A stretch of 64,000 bases of DNA from Eledone cirrhosa (Eukaryota), in the NCBI GenBank assembly GCA_964016885.1, contig OZ024741.1, positions 205,902,001 through 205,966,000 on the forward strand, given 5' to 3'. Of this stretch, positions 12,801 through 27,800 are shown piece by piece. A model generated the notes under the pieces. It ran no database searches. It worked only from the letters and a program-made list of their open reading frames with translations, and was not told the DNA's origin. Every line of letters begins with the position of its first letter. The first letter of the stretch is position 1. A program made the translations under genes and the position numbers.

Positions 12801-15800
12801 GCATTTGTTCCAAGTGATCTGCATTTGTTCCAAGTGATCTGCATATGTTCCAAGTGATCTGCATGTTCCAAGTGATCTGCATTTGTTCCAAGTGATCTGA
12901 ATTTGTTCCAAATGATCTGCATATGTTCTAAGCGATCTGCATATGTTCCAAGTGATCTTCATATGTTCCAAGTGATCTGCATATGTTCCAAGTGATCTGC
13001 ATTTGTTCCAAATGATCTGCATTTGTTCCAAGTGATCTGCATATGTTCCAAGTGATCTGCATATGTTCCAAGTGATCTGCATATGTTCCAAGTGATCTGC
13101 CTATGTTCTAAGTGATCTGCATTTGTTCCAAGTGATCTGCATATGTTCCAAGTGATCTGCATATGTTCCAAGTGATCTGCATTTGATCCAATTGATCTGC
13201 ATTTGATCCAATTGATCTGCATTTGTTCCAAGTGATCTGCATTTGTTCCAAGTGATCTGCATTTGTTCCAAGTGATCTGCATATGTTCCAAGTGATCTGC
13301 ATATGTTCCAAGTGATCTGCATATGTTCCAAGTGATCTGCATTTGTTTCAAGTGATCCTCATTTGTTCTAAGTGATCTGCATTTGTTCCAAGAGATCTGC
13401 ATATGTTCCAAGTGATCAGTATATGTTCCAAGTCATCTGCATTTGTTCCAAGTGATCTGCATTTGATCCAATTGATCTGCATTTCTTCCAAGTGATCTGC
13501 ATTTGCTCCAAATAATCTGCATATGTTCCAAGTGATCTGCATATGTTCCAAGGGATATGCATATGTTCCAAGTGATATGCATTTGTTCCAACTCCTCTGT
13601 ATTTGTTCCAAGTGATCTGCATTTTTTCCAAGTGATCTGCATTTGTTCCAAGTGATCTGCATATGTTCCATGTGATCTGCATATGTTCCAAGTGATCTGC
13701 ATTTGTTCCAAGTGATCTGCATTTGTTCCCAGTAATCTGCATATGTTCCAAGCGATCTGCATTGGTTCCAAGTGATCTGCATATGTTCCAAGTGATCTGG
13801 ATTTGTTCCAAATGATCTGTATTTGTTCCAAGTGATCTACATTTGTTCCAAGTGATCTGCATATGTTCCAAGTGATCTGAATATGTTCCAAGTGATCTGC
13901 ATTTGTTCCAAGTGATCTGCATTTGTTCCAAGTGATCTGCATATGTTTCAAATGATCTGCATATGTTCCAAGTGATATGCATCTGTTCCAAGTGATCTGC
14001 ATTTGTTCCAAGTGATCCGCATTTGTTCCAAGTGATCTGCCTATGTTCCAAGTGATCTGCATATGTTCCAAGTGATCTGCATTTGTTCCAAGTGATCTGC
14101 ATTTGTTCCAAGTGATCTGCATTTGTTCCGAGTGATCTGCAATCTTCTAAGTGATCTGCATTTGTTCCAAGTGATCTGCATTTGTTCCAAATGATCTGCA
14201 TATGTTCCAAGTGATCTGTATATGTTCCAGGTGATCTTCATATGTTCCAAGTGATCTTCATATGTTCCAAGTGATCTGCATTTGTTCCAAATGATCTGCA
14301 TTTGTTCCAAGTGATATGCATATGTTCCAAGTGATCTGCATTTGTTTCAATTGTTCCTCTTTTGTTCCAACTGATCTGCCTTTGTGCCAAGTGATCTGCA
14401 TTTGTTCCCAGTGATCTGCATATGTTCTAAGCGATCTGCATATGTTCCAAGTGATCTGCATATGTTCCAAGTGATCTGCATATGTTCCAAGTGATCTGAA
14501 TATGTTCCAAGTGATCTGCATTTGTTCCAAGTGATCTGCATTTGTTACAAGTTATCTTCATATGTTTCAAATGATCTGCATATGTTCCAAGTGATATGCA
14601 TATGTTCCAAGTGATCTGCATTTGTTCCAAGTTATATGCATATGTTCCAAGTGATCTGCATATGTTCCAAGTGATCTGCTATGTTCCAAGTGATCTGCAT
14701 TTGTTCCAAGTGATCTGCATTTGTTCCAAGTGATCTGCATTTGTTCCAAGTGATCTGCATATGTTCCAAGTGATCTGCATGTTCCAAGTGATCTGCATTT
14801 GTTCCAAGTGATCTGAATTTGTTCCAAATGATCTGCATATGTTCTAAGTGATCTGCATATGTTCCAAGTGATCTGCATATGTTCCAAGTGATCTGCATAT
14901 GTTCCAAGTGATCTGCATTTGTTCCAAATGATCTGCATTTGTTCCAAGTGATCTGCATATGTTCCATGTGATCTGCATATGTTCCAAGTGATCTGCATAT
15001 GTTCCAAGTGATCTGCCTATGTTCCAAGTGATCTGCATTTGTTCCAAGTGATCTGCATATGTTCCAAGTGATCTGCATATGTTCCAAGTGATCTGCATTT
15101 GATCCAATTGATCTGCATTTGATCCAATTGATCTGCATTTGTTCCAAGTGATCTGCATTTGTTCCAAGTGATCTGCATTTGTGCCAAGTGATCTGCATAT
15201 GTTCCAAGTGATCTGCATATGTTCCAAGTGATCTGCATATGTTCCAAGTGATCTGCATTTGTTTCAAGTGATCCTCATTTGTTCCAAGTGATCTGCATTT
15301 GTTCCAACGAGATCTGCATATGTTCCAAGTGATCAGTATATGTTCCAAGTCATCTGCATTTGTTCCAAGTGATCTGCATTTGATCCAATTGATCTGCATT
15401 TGTTCCAAGTGATCTGCATTTGTTCCAAATAATCTGCATATGTTCCAAGTGATCTGCATATGTTCCAAGGGATCTGCATATGTTCCAAGTGATATGCATT
15501 TGTTCCAACTCCTCTGTATTTGTTCCAAATGATCTGCATTTTTTCCAAGTGATCTGCATTTGTTCCAAACGATCTGCATTTGTTCCAAGTGATCTGCATA
15601 TGTTCCATGTGATCTGCATATGTTCCAAGCGATCTGCATTGGTTCCAAGTGATCTGCATATGTTCCAAGTGATCTGAATATGTTCCAAGTGATCTGCATT
15701 TGTTCCAAGTGATCTGCATTTGTTCCAAGTGATCTGCATATGTTTCAAATGATCTGCATATGTTCCAAGTGATATGCATATGTTCCAAGTGATCTGCATT

Positions 15801-18800
15801 TGTTCCAAGTGATCTGCCTATGTTCCAAGTGATCTGCATATGTTCCAAGTGATCTGCATTTGTTCCAAATGATCTGCATTTGTTCCAAGTGATCTGCATT
15901 TGTTCCGAGTGATCTGCAATCTTCTAAGTGATCTGCATTTGTTCCAAGTGATCTGCATTTGTTCCAAATGATCTGCATATGTTCCAAGTGATCTGTATAT
16001 GTTCCAGGTGATCTTCATATGTTCCAAGTGATCTTCATATGTTCCAAGCGATCTGCATTTGTTCTAAATGATGTGCATTTGTTCCAAGTGATCTGCATAT
16101 ATTCCAAGTGATCTGCATTTGTTTCAATTGTTCCTCTTTTGTTCCAAGTGATCTGCCTTTGTGCCAAGTGATCTGCATTTGTTCCCAGTGATCTGCATAT
16201 GTTGTAAGCGATCTGCATATGTTCCAAGTGATCTGCATATGTTCCAAGTCATCTGCATTTGTTCCAAGTGATCTGCATTTGATCCAATTGATCTGCATTT
16301 CTTCCAAGTGATCTGCATTTGCTCCAAATAATCTGCATATGTTCCAAGTGATCTGCATATGTTCCAAGGGATATGCATATGTTCCAAGTGATATGCATTT
16401 GTTCCAACTCCTCTGTATTTGTTCCAAGTGATCTGCATTTTTTCCAAGTGATCTGCATTTGTTCCAAGTGATCTGCATATGTTCCATGTGATCTGCATAT
16501 GTTCCAAGTGATCTGCATTTGTTCCAAGTGATCTGCATTTGTTCCCAGTAATCTGCATATGTTCCAAGCGATCTGCATTGGTTCCAAGTGATCTGCATAT
16601 GTTCCAAGTGATCTGGATTTGTTCCAAATGATCTGTATTTGTTCCAAGTGATCTACATTTGTTCCAAGTGATCTGCATATGTTCCAAGTGATCTGAATAT
16701 GTTCCAAGTGATCTGCATTTGTTCCAAGTGATCTGCATTTGTTCCAAGTGATCTGCATATGTTTCAAATGATCTGCATATGTTCCAAGTGATATGCATCT
16801 GTTCCAAGTGATCTGCATTTGTTCCAAGTGATCCGCATTTGTTCCAAGTGATCTGCCTATGTTCCAAGTGATCTGCATATGTTCCAAGTGATCTGCATTT
16901 GTTCCAAGTGATCTGCATTTGTTCCAAGTGATCTGCATTTGTTCCGAGTGATCTGCAATCTTCTAAGTGATCTGCATTTGTTCCAAGTGATCTGCATTTG
17001 TTCCAAATGATCTGCATATGTTCCAAGTGATCTGTATATGTTCCAGGTGATCTTCATATGTTCCAAGTGATCTTCATATGTTCCAAGTGATCTGCATTTG
17101 TTCCAAATGATCTGCATTTGTTCCAAGTGATCTGCATATGTTCCAAGTGATCTGCATTTGTTTCAATTGTTCCTCTTTTGTTCCAACTGATCTGCCTTTG
17201 TGCCAAGTGATCTGCATTTGTTCCCAGTGATCTGCATATGTTCTAAGCGATCTGCATATGTTCCAAGTGATCTGCATATGTTCCAAGTGATCTGCATATG
17301 TTCCAAGTGATCTGAATATGTTCCAAGTGATCTGCATTTGTTCCAAGTGATCTGCATTTGTTACAAGTTATCTTCATATGTTTCAAATGATCTGCATATG
17401 TTCCAAGTGATATGCATATGTTCCAAGTGATCTGCATTTGTTCCAAGTTATATGCATATGTTCCAAGTGATCTGCATATGTTCCAAGTGATCTGCTATGT
17501 TCCAAGTGATCTGCATTTGTTCCAAGTGATCTGCATTTGTTCCAAGTGATCTGCATTTGTTCCAAGTGATCTGCATATGTTCCAAGTGATCTGCATGTTC
17601 CAAGTGATCTGCATTTGTTCCAAGTGATCTGAATTTGTTCCAAATGATCTGCATATGTTCTAAGTGATCTGCATATGTTCCAAGTGATCTGCATATGTTC
17701 CAAGTGATCTGCATATGTTCCAAGTGATCTGCATTTGTTCCAAATGATCTGCATTTGTTCCAAGTGATCTGCATATGTTCCAAGTGATCTGCATATGTTC
17801 CAAGTGATCTGCATATGTTCCAAGTGATCTGCCTATGTTCCAAGTGATCTGCATTTGTTCCAAGTGATCTGCATATGTTCCAAGTGATCTGCATATGTTC
17901 CAAGTGATCTGCATTTGATCCAATTGATCTGCATTTGATCCAATTGATCTGCATTTGTTCCAAGTGATCTGCATTTGTTCCAAGTGATCTGCATTTGTGC
18001 CAAGTGATCTGCATATGTTCCAAGTGATCTGCATATGTTCCAAGTGATCTGCATATGTTCCAAGTGATCTGCATTTGTTTCAAGTGATCCTCATTTGTTC
18101 CAAGTGATCTGCATTTGTTCCAACGAGATCTGCATATGTTCCAAGTGATCAGTATATGTTCCAAGTCATCTGCATTTGTTCCAAGTGATCTGCATTTGAT
18201 CCAATTGATCTGCATTTGTTCCAAGTGATCTGCATTTGTTCCAAATAATCTGCATATGTTCCAAGTGATCTGCATATGTTCCAAGGGATCTGCATATGTT
18301 CCAAGTGATATGCATTTGTTCCAACTCCTCTGTATTTGTTCCAAGTGATCTGCATTTTTTCCAAGTGATCTGCATTTGTTCCAAACGATCTGCATTTGTT
18401 CCAAGTGATCTGCATATGTTCCATGTGATCTGCATATGTTCCAAGCGATCTGCATTGGTTCCAAGTGATCTGCATATGTTCCAAGTGATCTGAATATGTT
18501 CCAAGTGATCTGCATTTGTTCCAAGTGATCTGCATTTGTTCCAAGTGATCTGCATATGTTTCAAATGATCTGCATATGTTCCAAGTGATATGCATATGTT
18601 CCAAGTGATCTGCATTTGTTCCAAGTGATCTGCCTATGTTCCAAGTGATCTGCATATGTTCCAAGTGATCTGCATTTGTTCCAAATGATCTGCATTTGTT
18701 CCAAGTGATCTGCATTTGTTCCGAGTGATCTGCAATCTTCTAAGTGATCTGCATTTGTTCCAAGTGATCTGCATTTGTTCCAAATGATCTGCATATGTTC

Positions 18801-21800
18801 CAAGTGATCTGTATATGTTCCAGGTGATCTTCATATGTTCCAAGTGATCTTCATATGTTCCAAGCGATCTGCATTTGTTCTAAATGATGTGCATTTGTTC
18901 CAAGTGATCTGCATATATTCCAAGTGATCTGCATTTGTTTCAATTGTTCCTCTTTTGTTCCAAGTGATCTGCCTTTGTGCCAAGTGATCTGCATTTGTTC
19001 CCAGTGATCTGCATATGTTGTAAGCAATCTGCATATGTTCCAAGTGATCTGCATATGTTCCAAGTGATCTGCATATGTTCCAAGTGATCTGAATATGTTC
19101 CCAGTGATCTGCATTTGTTCCAAGTGATCTGCATTTGTTACAAGTTATCTTCATATGTTTCAAATGATCTGCATATGTTCCAAGTGATATGCATATGTTT
19201 CAAGTGATCTGCATTTGTTCCAAGTGATCCTCATTTGTTCCAAGTGATCTGCATTTGTTCCAAGTGATCTGCATATGTTCCAAGTGATCTGAATATTTTC
19301 CAAGTGATCTGCATTTGTTCTAAGTGATCTGCATTTGTTCCAAGTGATCTGCATTTTTTCCAAGTGATCCGCATACGTTCAAAGTGATGTGCATTTGTTC
19401 CAAGTGATCTGCATTTGATCCAAGTGATCTGCGTATGTTACAAATGATCTGCATATGTTCCAAGTGATCTGCATATGTTCCAAATGATCTGCATTTGTTC
19501 CAAGTGATCTGAATTTGTTCCAAGTGATCTGCATATGTTCCAAGTGATATGCATATGTTCCAAGTGATCTGCATTTGTTCCAAGTTATATGCATATGTTC
19601 CAAGTGATCTGCATATGTTCCAAGTGATCTGCTATGTTCCAAGTGATCTGCATTTGTTCCAAGTGATCTGCATTTGTTCCAAGTGATCTGCATTTGTTCC
19701 AAGTGATCTGCATATGTTCCAAGTGATCTGCATGTTCCAAGTGATCTGCATTTGTTCCAAGTGATCTGAATTTGTTCCAAATGATCTGCATATGTTCTAA
19801 GTGATCTGCATATGTTCCAAGTGATCTGCATATGTTCCAAGTGATCTGCATATGTTCCAAGTGATCTGCATTTGTTCCAAATGATCTGCATTTGTTCCAA
19901 GTGATCTGCATATGTTCCAAGTGATCTGCATATGTTCCAAGTGATCTGCATATGTTCCAAGTGATCTGCCTATGTTCCAAGTGATCTGCATTTGTTCCAA
20001 GTGATCTGCATATGTTCCAAGTGATCTGCATATGTTCCAAGTGATCTGCATTTGATCCAATTGATCTGCATTTGATCCAATTGATCTGCATTTGTTCCAA
20101 GTGATCTGCATTTGTTCCAAGTGATCTGCATTTGTGCCAAGTGATCTGCATATGTTCCAAGTGATCTGCATATGTTCCAAGTGATCTGCATATGTTCCAA
20201 GTGATCTGCATTTGTTTCAAGTGATCCTCATTTGTTCCAAGTGATCTGCATTTGTTCCAACGAGATCTGCATATGTTCCAAGTGATCAGTATATGTTCCA
20301 AGTCATCTGCATTTGTTCCAAGTGATCTGCATTTGATCCAATTGATCTGCATTTGTTCCAAGTGATCTGCATTTGTTCCAAATAATCTGCATATGTTCCA
20401 AGTGATCTGCATATGTTCCAAGGGATCTGCATATGTTCCAAGTGATATGCATTTGTTCCAACTCCTCTGTATTTGTTCCAAGTGATCTGCATTTTTTCCA
20501 AGTGATCTGCATTTGTTCCAAACGATCTGCATTTGTTCCAAGTGATCTGCATTTGATCCAATTGATCTGCATTTGTTCCAAGTGATCTGCATTTGTTCCA
20601 AATAATCTGCATATGTTCCAAGTGATCTGCATATGTTCCAAGGGATCTGCATATGTTCCAAGTGATATGCATTTGTTCCAACTCCTCTGTATTTGTTCCA
20701 AATGATCTGCATTTTTTCCAAGTGATCTGCATTTGTTCCAAACGATCTGCATTTGTTCCAAGTGATCTGCATATGTTCCATGTGATCTGCATATGTTCCA
20801 AGCGATCTGCATTGGTTCCAAGTGATCTGCATATGTTCCAAGTGATCTGAATATGTTCCAAGTGATCTGCATTTGTTCCAAGTGATCTGCATTTGTTCCA
20901 AGTGATCTGCATATGTTTCAAATGATCTGCATATGTTCCAAGTGATATGCATATGTTCCAAGTGATCTGCATTTGTTCCAAGTGATCTGCCTATGTTCCA
21001 AGTGATCTGCATATGTTCCAAGTGATCTGCATTTGTTCCAAATGATCTGCATTTGTTCCAAGTGATCTGCATTTGTTCCGAGTGATCTGCAATCTTCTAA
21101 GTGATCTGCATTTGTTCCAAGTGATCTGCATTTGTTCCAAATGATCTGCATATGTTCCAAGTGATCTGTATATGTTCCAGGTGATCTTCATATGTTCCAA
21201 GTGATCTTCATATGTTCCAAGCGATCTGCATTTGTTCTAAATGATGTGCATTTGTTCCAAGTGATCTGCATATATTCCAAGTGATCTGCATTTGTTTCAA
21301 TTGTTCCTCTTTTGTTCCAAGTGATCTGCCTTTGTGCCAAGTGATCTGCATTTGTTCCCAGTGATCTGCATATGTTGTAAGCGATCTGCATATGTTCCAA
21401 GTGATCTGCATATGTTCCAAGTCATCTGCATTTGTTCCAAGTGATCTGCATTTGATCCAATTGATCTGCATTTCTTCCAAGTGATCTGCATTTGCTCCAA
21501 ATAATCTGCATATGTTCCAAGTGATCTGCATATGTTCCAAGGGATATGCATATGTTCCAAGTGATATGCATTTGTTCCAACTCCTCTGTATTTGTTCCAA
21601 GTGATCTGCATTTTTTCCAAGTGATCTGCATTTGTTCCAAGTGATCTGCATATGTTCCATGTGATCTGCATATGTTCCAAGTGATCTGCATTTGTTCCAA
21701 GTGATCTGCATTTGTTCCCAGTAATCTGCATATGTTCCAAGCGATCTGCATTGGTTCCAAGTGATCTGCATATGTTCCAAGTGATCTGGATTTGTTCCAA

Positions 21801-24800
21801 ATGATCTGTATTTGTTCCAAGTGATCTACATTTGTTCCAAGTGATCTGCATATGTTCCAAGTGATCTGAATATGTTCCAAGTGATCTGCATTTGTTCCAA
21901 GTGATCTGCATTTGTTCCAAGTGATCTGCATATGTTTCAAATGATCTGCATATGTTCCAAGTGATATGCATCTGTTCCAAGTGATCTGCATTTGTTCCAA
22001 GTGATCCGCATTTGTTCCAAGTGATCTGCCTATGTTCCAAGTGATCTGCATATGTTCCAAGTGATCTGCATTTGTTCCAAGTGATCTGCATTTGTTCCAA
22101 GTGATCTGCATTTGTTCCGAGTGATCTGCAATCTTCTAAGTGATCTGCATTTGTTCCAAGTGATCTGCATTTGTTCCAAATGATCTGCATATGTTCCAAG
22201 TGATCTGTATATGTTCCAGGTGATCTTCATATGTTCCAAGTGATCTTCATATGTTCCAAGTGATCTGCATTTGTTCCAAATGATCTGCATTTGTTCCAAG
22301 TGATCTGCATATGTTCCAAGTGATCTGCATTTGTTTCAATTGTTCCTCTTTTGTTCCAACTGATCTGCCTTTGTGCCAAGTGATCTGCATTTGTTCCCAG
22401 TGATCTGCATATGTTCTAAGCGATCTGCATATGTTCCAAGTGATCTGCATATGTTCCAAGTGATCTGCATATGTTCCAAGTGATCTGAATATGTTCCAAG
22501 TGATCTGCATTTGTTCCAAGTGATCTGCATTTGTTACAAGTTATCTTCATATGTTTCAAATGATCTGCATATGTTCCAAGTGATATGCATATGTTCCAAG
22601 TGATCTGCATTTGTTCCAAGTTATATGCATATGTTCCAAGTGATCTGCATATGTTCCAAGTGATCTGCTATGTTCCAAGTGATCTGCATTTGTTCCAAGT
22701 GATCTGCATTTGTTCCAAGTGATCTGCATTTGTTCCAAGTGATCTGCATATGTTCCAAGTGATCTGCATGTTCCAAGTGATCTGCATTTGTTCCAAGTGA
22801 TCTGAATTTGTTCCAAATGATCTGCATATGTTCTAAGTGATCTGCATATGTTCCAAGTGATCTGCATATGTTCCAAGTGATCTGCATATGTTCCAAGTGA
22901 TCTGCATTTGTTCCAAATGATCTGCATTTGTTCCAAGTGATCTGCATATGTTCCAAGTGATCTGCATATGTTCCAAGTGATCTGCATATGTTCCAAGTGA
23001 TCTGCCTATGTTCCAAGTGATCTGCATTTGTTCCAAGTGATCTGCATATGTTCCAAGTGATCTGCATATGTTCCAAGTGATCTGCATTTGATCCAATTGA
23101 TCTGCATTTGATCCAATTGATCTGCATTTGTTCCAAGTGATCTGCATTTGTTCCAAGTGATCTGCATTTGTGCCAAGTGATCTGCATATGTTCCAAGTGA
23201 TCTGCATATGTTCCAAGTGATCTGCATATGTTCCAAGTGATCTGCATTTGTTTCAAGTGATCCTCATTTGTTCCAAGTGATCTGCATTTGTTCCAACGTG
23301 ATCTGCATATGTTCCAAGTGATCAGTATATGTTCCAAGTCATCTGCATTTGTTCCAAGTGATCTGCATTTGATCCAATTGATCTGCATTTGTTCCAAGTG
23401 ATCTGCATTTGTTCCAAATAATCTGCATATGTTCCAAGTGATCTGCATATGTTCCAAGGGATCTGCATATGTTCCAAGTGATATGCATTTGTTCCAACTC
23501 CTCTGTATTTGTTCCAAGTGATCTGCATTTTTTCCAAGTGATCTGCATTTGTTCCAAACGATCTGCATTTGTTCCAAGTGATCTGCATATGTTCCATGTG
23601 ATCTGCATATGTTCCAAGCGATCTGCATTGGTTCCAAGTGATCTGCATATGTTCCAAGTGATCTGAATATGTTCCAAGTGATCTGCATTTGTTCCAAGTG
23701 ATCTGCATTTGTTCCAAGTGATCTGCATATGTTTCAAATGATCTGCATATGTTCCAAGTGATATGCATATGTTCCAAGTGATCTGCATTTGTTCCAAGTG
23801 ATCTGCCTATGTTCCAAGTGATCTGCATATGTTCCAAGTGATCTGCATTTGTTCCAAATGATCTGCATTTGTTCCAAGTGATCTGCATTTGTTCCGAGTG
23901 ATCTGCAATCTTCTAAGTGATCTGCATTTGTTCCAAGTGATCTGCATTTGTTCCAAATGATCTGCATATGTTCCAAGTGATCTGTATATGTTCCAGGTGA
24001 TCTTCATATGTTCCAAGTGATCTTCATATGTTCCAAGCGATCTGCATTTGTTCTAAATGATGTGCATTTGTTCCAAGTGATCTGCATATATTCCAAGTGA
24101 TCTGCATTTGTTTCAATTGTTCCTCTTTTGTTCCAAGTGATCTGCCTTTGTGCCAAGTGATCTGCATTTGTTCCCAGTGATCTGCATATGTTGTAAGCGA
24201 TCTGCATATGTTCCAAGTGATCTGCATATGTTCCAAGTGATCTGCATATGTTCCAAGTGATCTGAATATGTTCCCAGTGATCTGCATTTGTTCCAAGTGA
24301 TCTGCATTTGTTACAAGTTATCTTCATATGTTTCAAATGATCTGCATATGTTCCAAGTGATATGCATATGTTTCAAGTGATCTGCATTTGTTCCAAGTGA
24401 TCCTCATTTGTTCCAAGTGATCTGCATTTGTTCCAAGTGATCTGCATATGTTCCAAGTGATCTGAATATTTTCCAAGTGATCTGCATTTGTTCTAAGTGA
24501 TCTGCATTTGTTCCAAGTGATCTGCATTTTTTCCAAGTGATCCGCATACGTTCAAAGTGATGTGCATTTGTTCCAAGTGATCTGCATTTGATCCAAGTGA
24601 TCTGCGTATGTTACAAATGATCTGCATATGTTCCAAGTGATCTGCATATGTTCCAAATGATCTGCATTTGTTCCAAGTGATCTGAATTTGTTCCAAGTGA
24701 TCTGCATATGTTCCAAGTGATATGCATATGTTCCAAGTGATCTGCATTTGTTCCAAGTTATATGCATATGTTCCAAGTGATCTGCATATGTTCCAAGTGA

Positions 24801-27800
24801 TCTGCTATGTTCCAAGTGATCTGCATTTGTTCCAAGTGATCTGCATTTGTTCCAAGTGATCTGCATTTGTTCCAAGTGATCTGCATATGTTCCAAGTGAT
24901 CTGCATGTTCCAAGTGATCTGCATTTGTTCCAAGTGATCTGAATTTGTTCCAAATGATCTGCATATGTTCTAAGTGATCTGCATATGTTCCAAGTGATCT
25001 GCATATGTTCCAAGTGATCTGCATATGTTCCAAGTGATCTGCATTTGTTCCAAATGATCTGCATTTGTTCCAAGTGATCTGCATATGTTCCAAGTGATCT
25101 GCATATGTTCCAAGTGATCTGCATATGTTCCAAGTGATCTGCCTATGTTCCAAGTGATCTGCATTTGTTCCAAGTGATCTGCATATGTTCCAAGTGATCT
25201 GCATATGTTCCAAGTGATCTGCATTTGATCCAATTGATCTGCATTTGATCCAATTGATCTGCATTTGTTCCAAGTGATCTGCATTTGTTCCAAGTGATCT
25301 GCATTTGTGCCAAGTGATCTGCATATGTTCCAAGTGATCTGCATATGTTCCAAGTGATCTGCATATGTTCCAAGTGATCTGCATTTGTTTCAAGTGATCC
25401 TCATTTGTTCCAAGTGATCTGCATTTGTTCCAACGAGATCTGCATATGTTCCAAGTGATCAGTATATGTTCCAAGTCATCTGCATTTGTTCCAAGTGATC
25501 TGCATTTGATCCAATTGATCTGCATTTGTTCCAAGTGATCTGCATTTGTTCCAAATAATCTGCATATGTTCCAAGTGATCTGCATATGTTCCAAGGGATC
25601 TGCATATGTTCCAAGTGATATGCATTTGTTCCAACTCCTCTGTATTTGTTCCAAGTGATCTGCATTTTTTCCAAGTGATCTGCATTTGTTCCAAACGATC
25701 TGCATTTGTTCCAAGTGATCTGCATTTGATCCAATTGATCTGCATTTGTTCCAAGTGATCTGCATTTGTTCCAAATAATCTGCATATGTTCCAAGTGATC
25801 TGCATATGTTCCAAGGGATCTGCATATGTTCCAAGTGATATGCATTTGTTCCAACTCCTCTGTATTTGTTCCAAATGATCTGCATTTTTTCCAAGTGATC
25901 TGCATTTGTTCCAAACGATCTGCATTTGTTCCAAGTGATCTGCATATGTTCCATGTGATCTGCATATGTTCCAAGCGATCTGCATTGGTTCCAAGTGATC
26001 TGCATATGTTCCAAGTGATCTGAATATGTTCCAAGTGATCTGCATTTGTTCCAAGTGATCTGCATTTGTTCCAAGTGATCTGCATATGTTTCAAATGATC
26101 TGCATATGTTCCAAGTGATATGCATATGTTCCAAGTGATCTGCATTTGTTCCAAGTGATCTGCCTATGTTCCAAGTGATCTGCATATGTTCCAAGTGATC
26201 TGCATTTGTTCCAAATGATCTGCATTTGTTCCAAGTGATCTGCATTTGTTCCGAGTGATCTGCAATCTTCTAAGTGATCTGCATTTGTTCCAAGTGATCT
26301 GCATTTGTTCCAAATGATCTGCATATGTTCCAAGTGATCTGTATATGTTCCAGGTGATCTTCATATGTTCCAAGTGATCTGTATATGTTCCAGGTGATCT
26401 TCATATGTTCCAAGTGATCTTCATATGTTCCAAGTGATCTGCATTTGTTCCAAATGATCTGCATTTGTTCCAAGTGATCTGCATATGTTCCAAGTGATCT
26501 GCATTTGTTTCAATTGTTCCTCTTTTGTTCCAACTGATCTGCCTTTGTGCCAAGTGATCTGCATTTGTTCCCAGTGATCTGCATATGTTCTAAGCGATCT
26601 GCATATGTTCCAAGTGATCTGCATATGTTCCAAGTGATCTGCATATGTTCCAAGTGATCTGAATATGTTCCAAGTGATCTGCATTTGTTCCAAGTGATCT
26701 GCATTTGTTACAAGTTATCTTCATATGTTTCAAATGATCTGCATATGTTCCAAGTGATATGCATATGTTCCAAGTGATCTGCATTTGTTCCAAGTTATAT
26801 GCATATGTTCCAAGTGATCTGCATATGTTCCAAGTGATCTGCTATGTTCCAAGTGATCTGCATTTGTTCCAAGTGATCTGCATTTGTTCCAAGTGATCTG
26901 CATTTGTTCCAAGTGATCTGCATATGTTCCAAGTGATCTGCATGTTCCAAGTGATCTGCATTTGTTCCAAGTGATCTGAATTTGTTCCAAATGATCTGCA
27001 TATGTTCTAAGTGATCTGCATATGTTCCAAGTGATCTGCATATGTTCCAAGTGATCTGCATATGTTCCAAGTGATCTGCATTTGTTCCAAATGATCTGCA
27101 TTTGTTCCAAGTGATCTGCATATGTTCCAAGTGATCTGCATATGTTCCAAGTGATCTGCATATGTTCCAAGTGATCTGCCTATGTTCCAAGTGATCTGCA
27201 TTTGTTCCAAGTGATCTGCATATGTTCCAAGTGATCTGCATATGTTCCAAGTGATCTGCATTTGATCCAATTGATCTGCATTTGATCCAATTGATCTGCA
27301 TTTGTTCCAAGTGATCTGCATTTGTTCCAAGTGATCTGCATTTGTGCCAAGTGATCTGCATATGTTCCAAGTGATCTGCATATGTTCCAAGTGATCTGCA
27401 TATGTTCCAAGTGATCTGCATTTGTTTCAAGTGATCCTCATTTGTTCCAAGTGATCTGCATTTGTTCCAACGTGATCTGCATATGTTCCAAGTGATCAGT
27501 ATATGTTCCAAGTCATCTGCATTTGTTCCAAGTGATCTGCATTTGATCCAATTGATCTGCATTTGTTCCAAGTGATCTGCATTTGTTCCAAATAATCTGC
27601 ATATGTTCCAAGTGATCTGCATATGTTCCAAGGGATCTGCATATGTTCCAAGTGATATGCATTTGTTCCAACTCCTCTGTATTTGTTCCAAGTGATCTGC
27701 ATTTTTTCCAAGTGATCTGCATTTGTTCCAAACGATCTGCATTTGTTCCAAGTGATCTGCATATGTTCCATGTGATCTGCATATGTTCCAAGCGATCTGC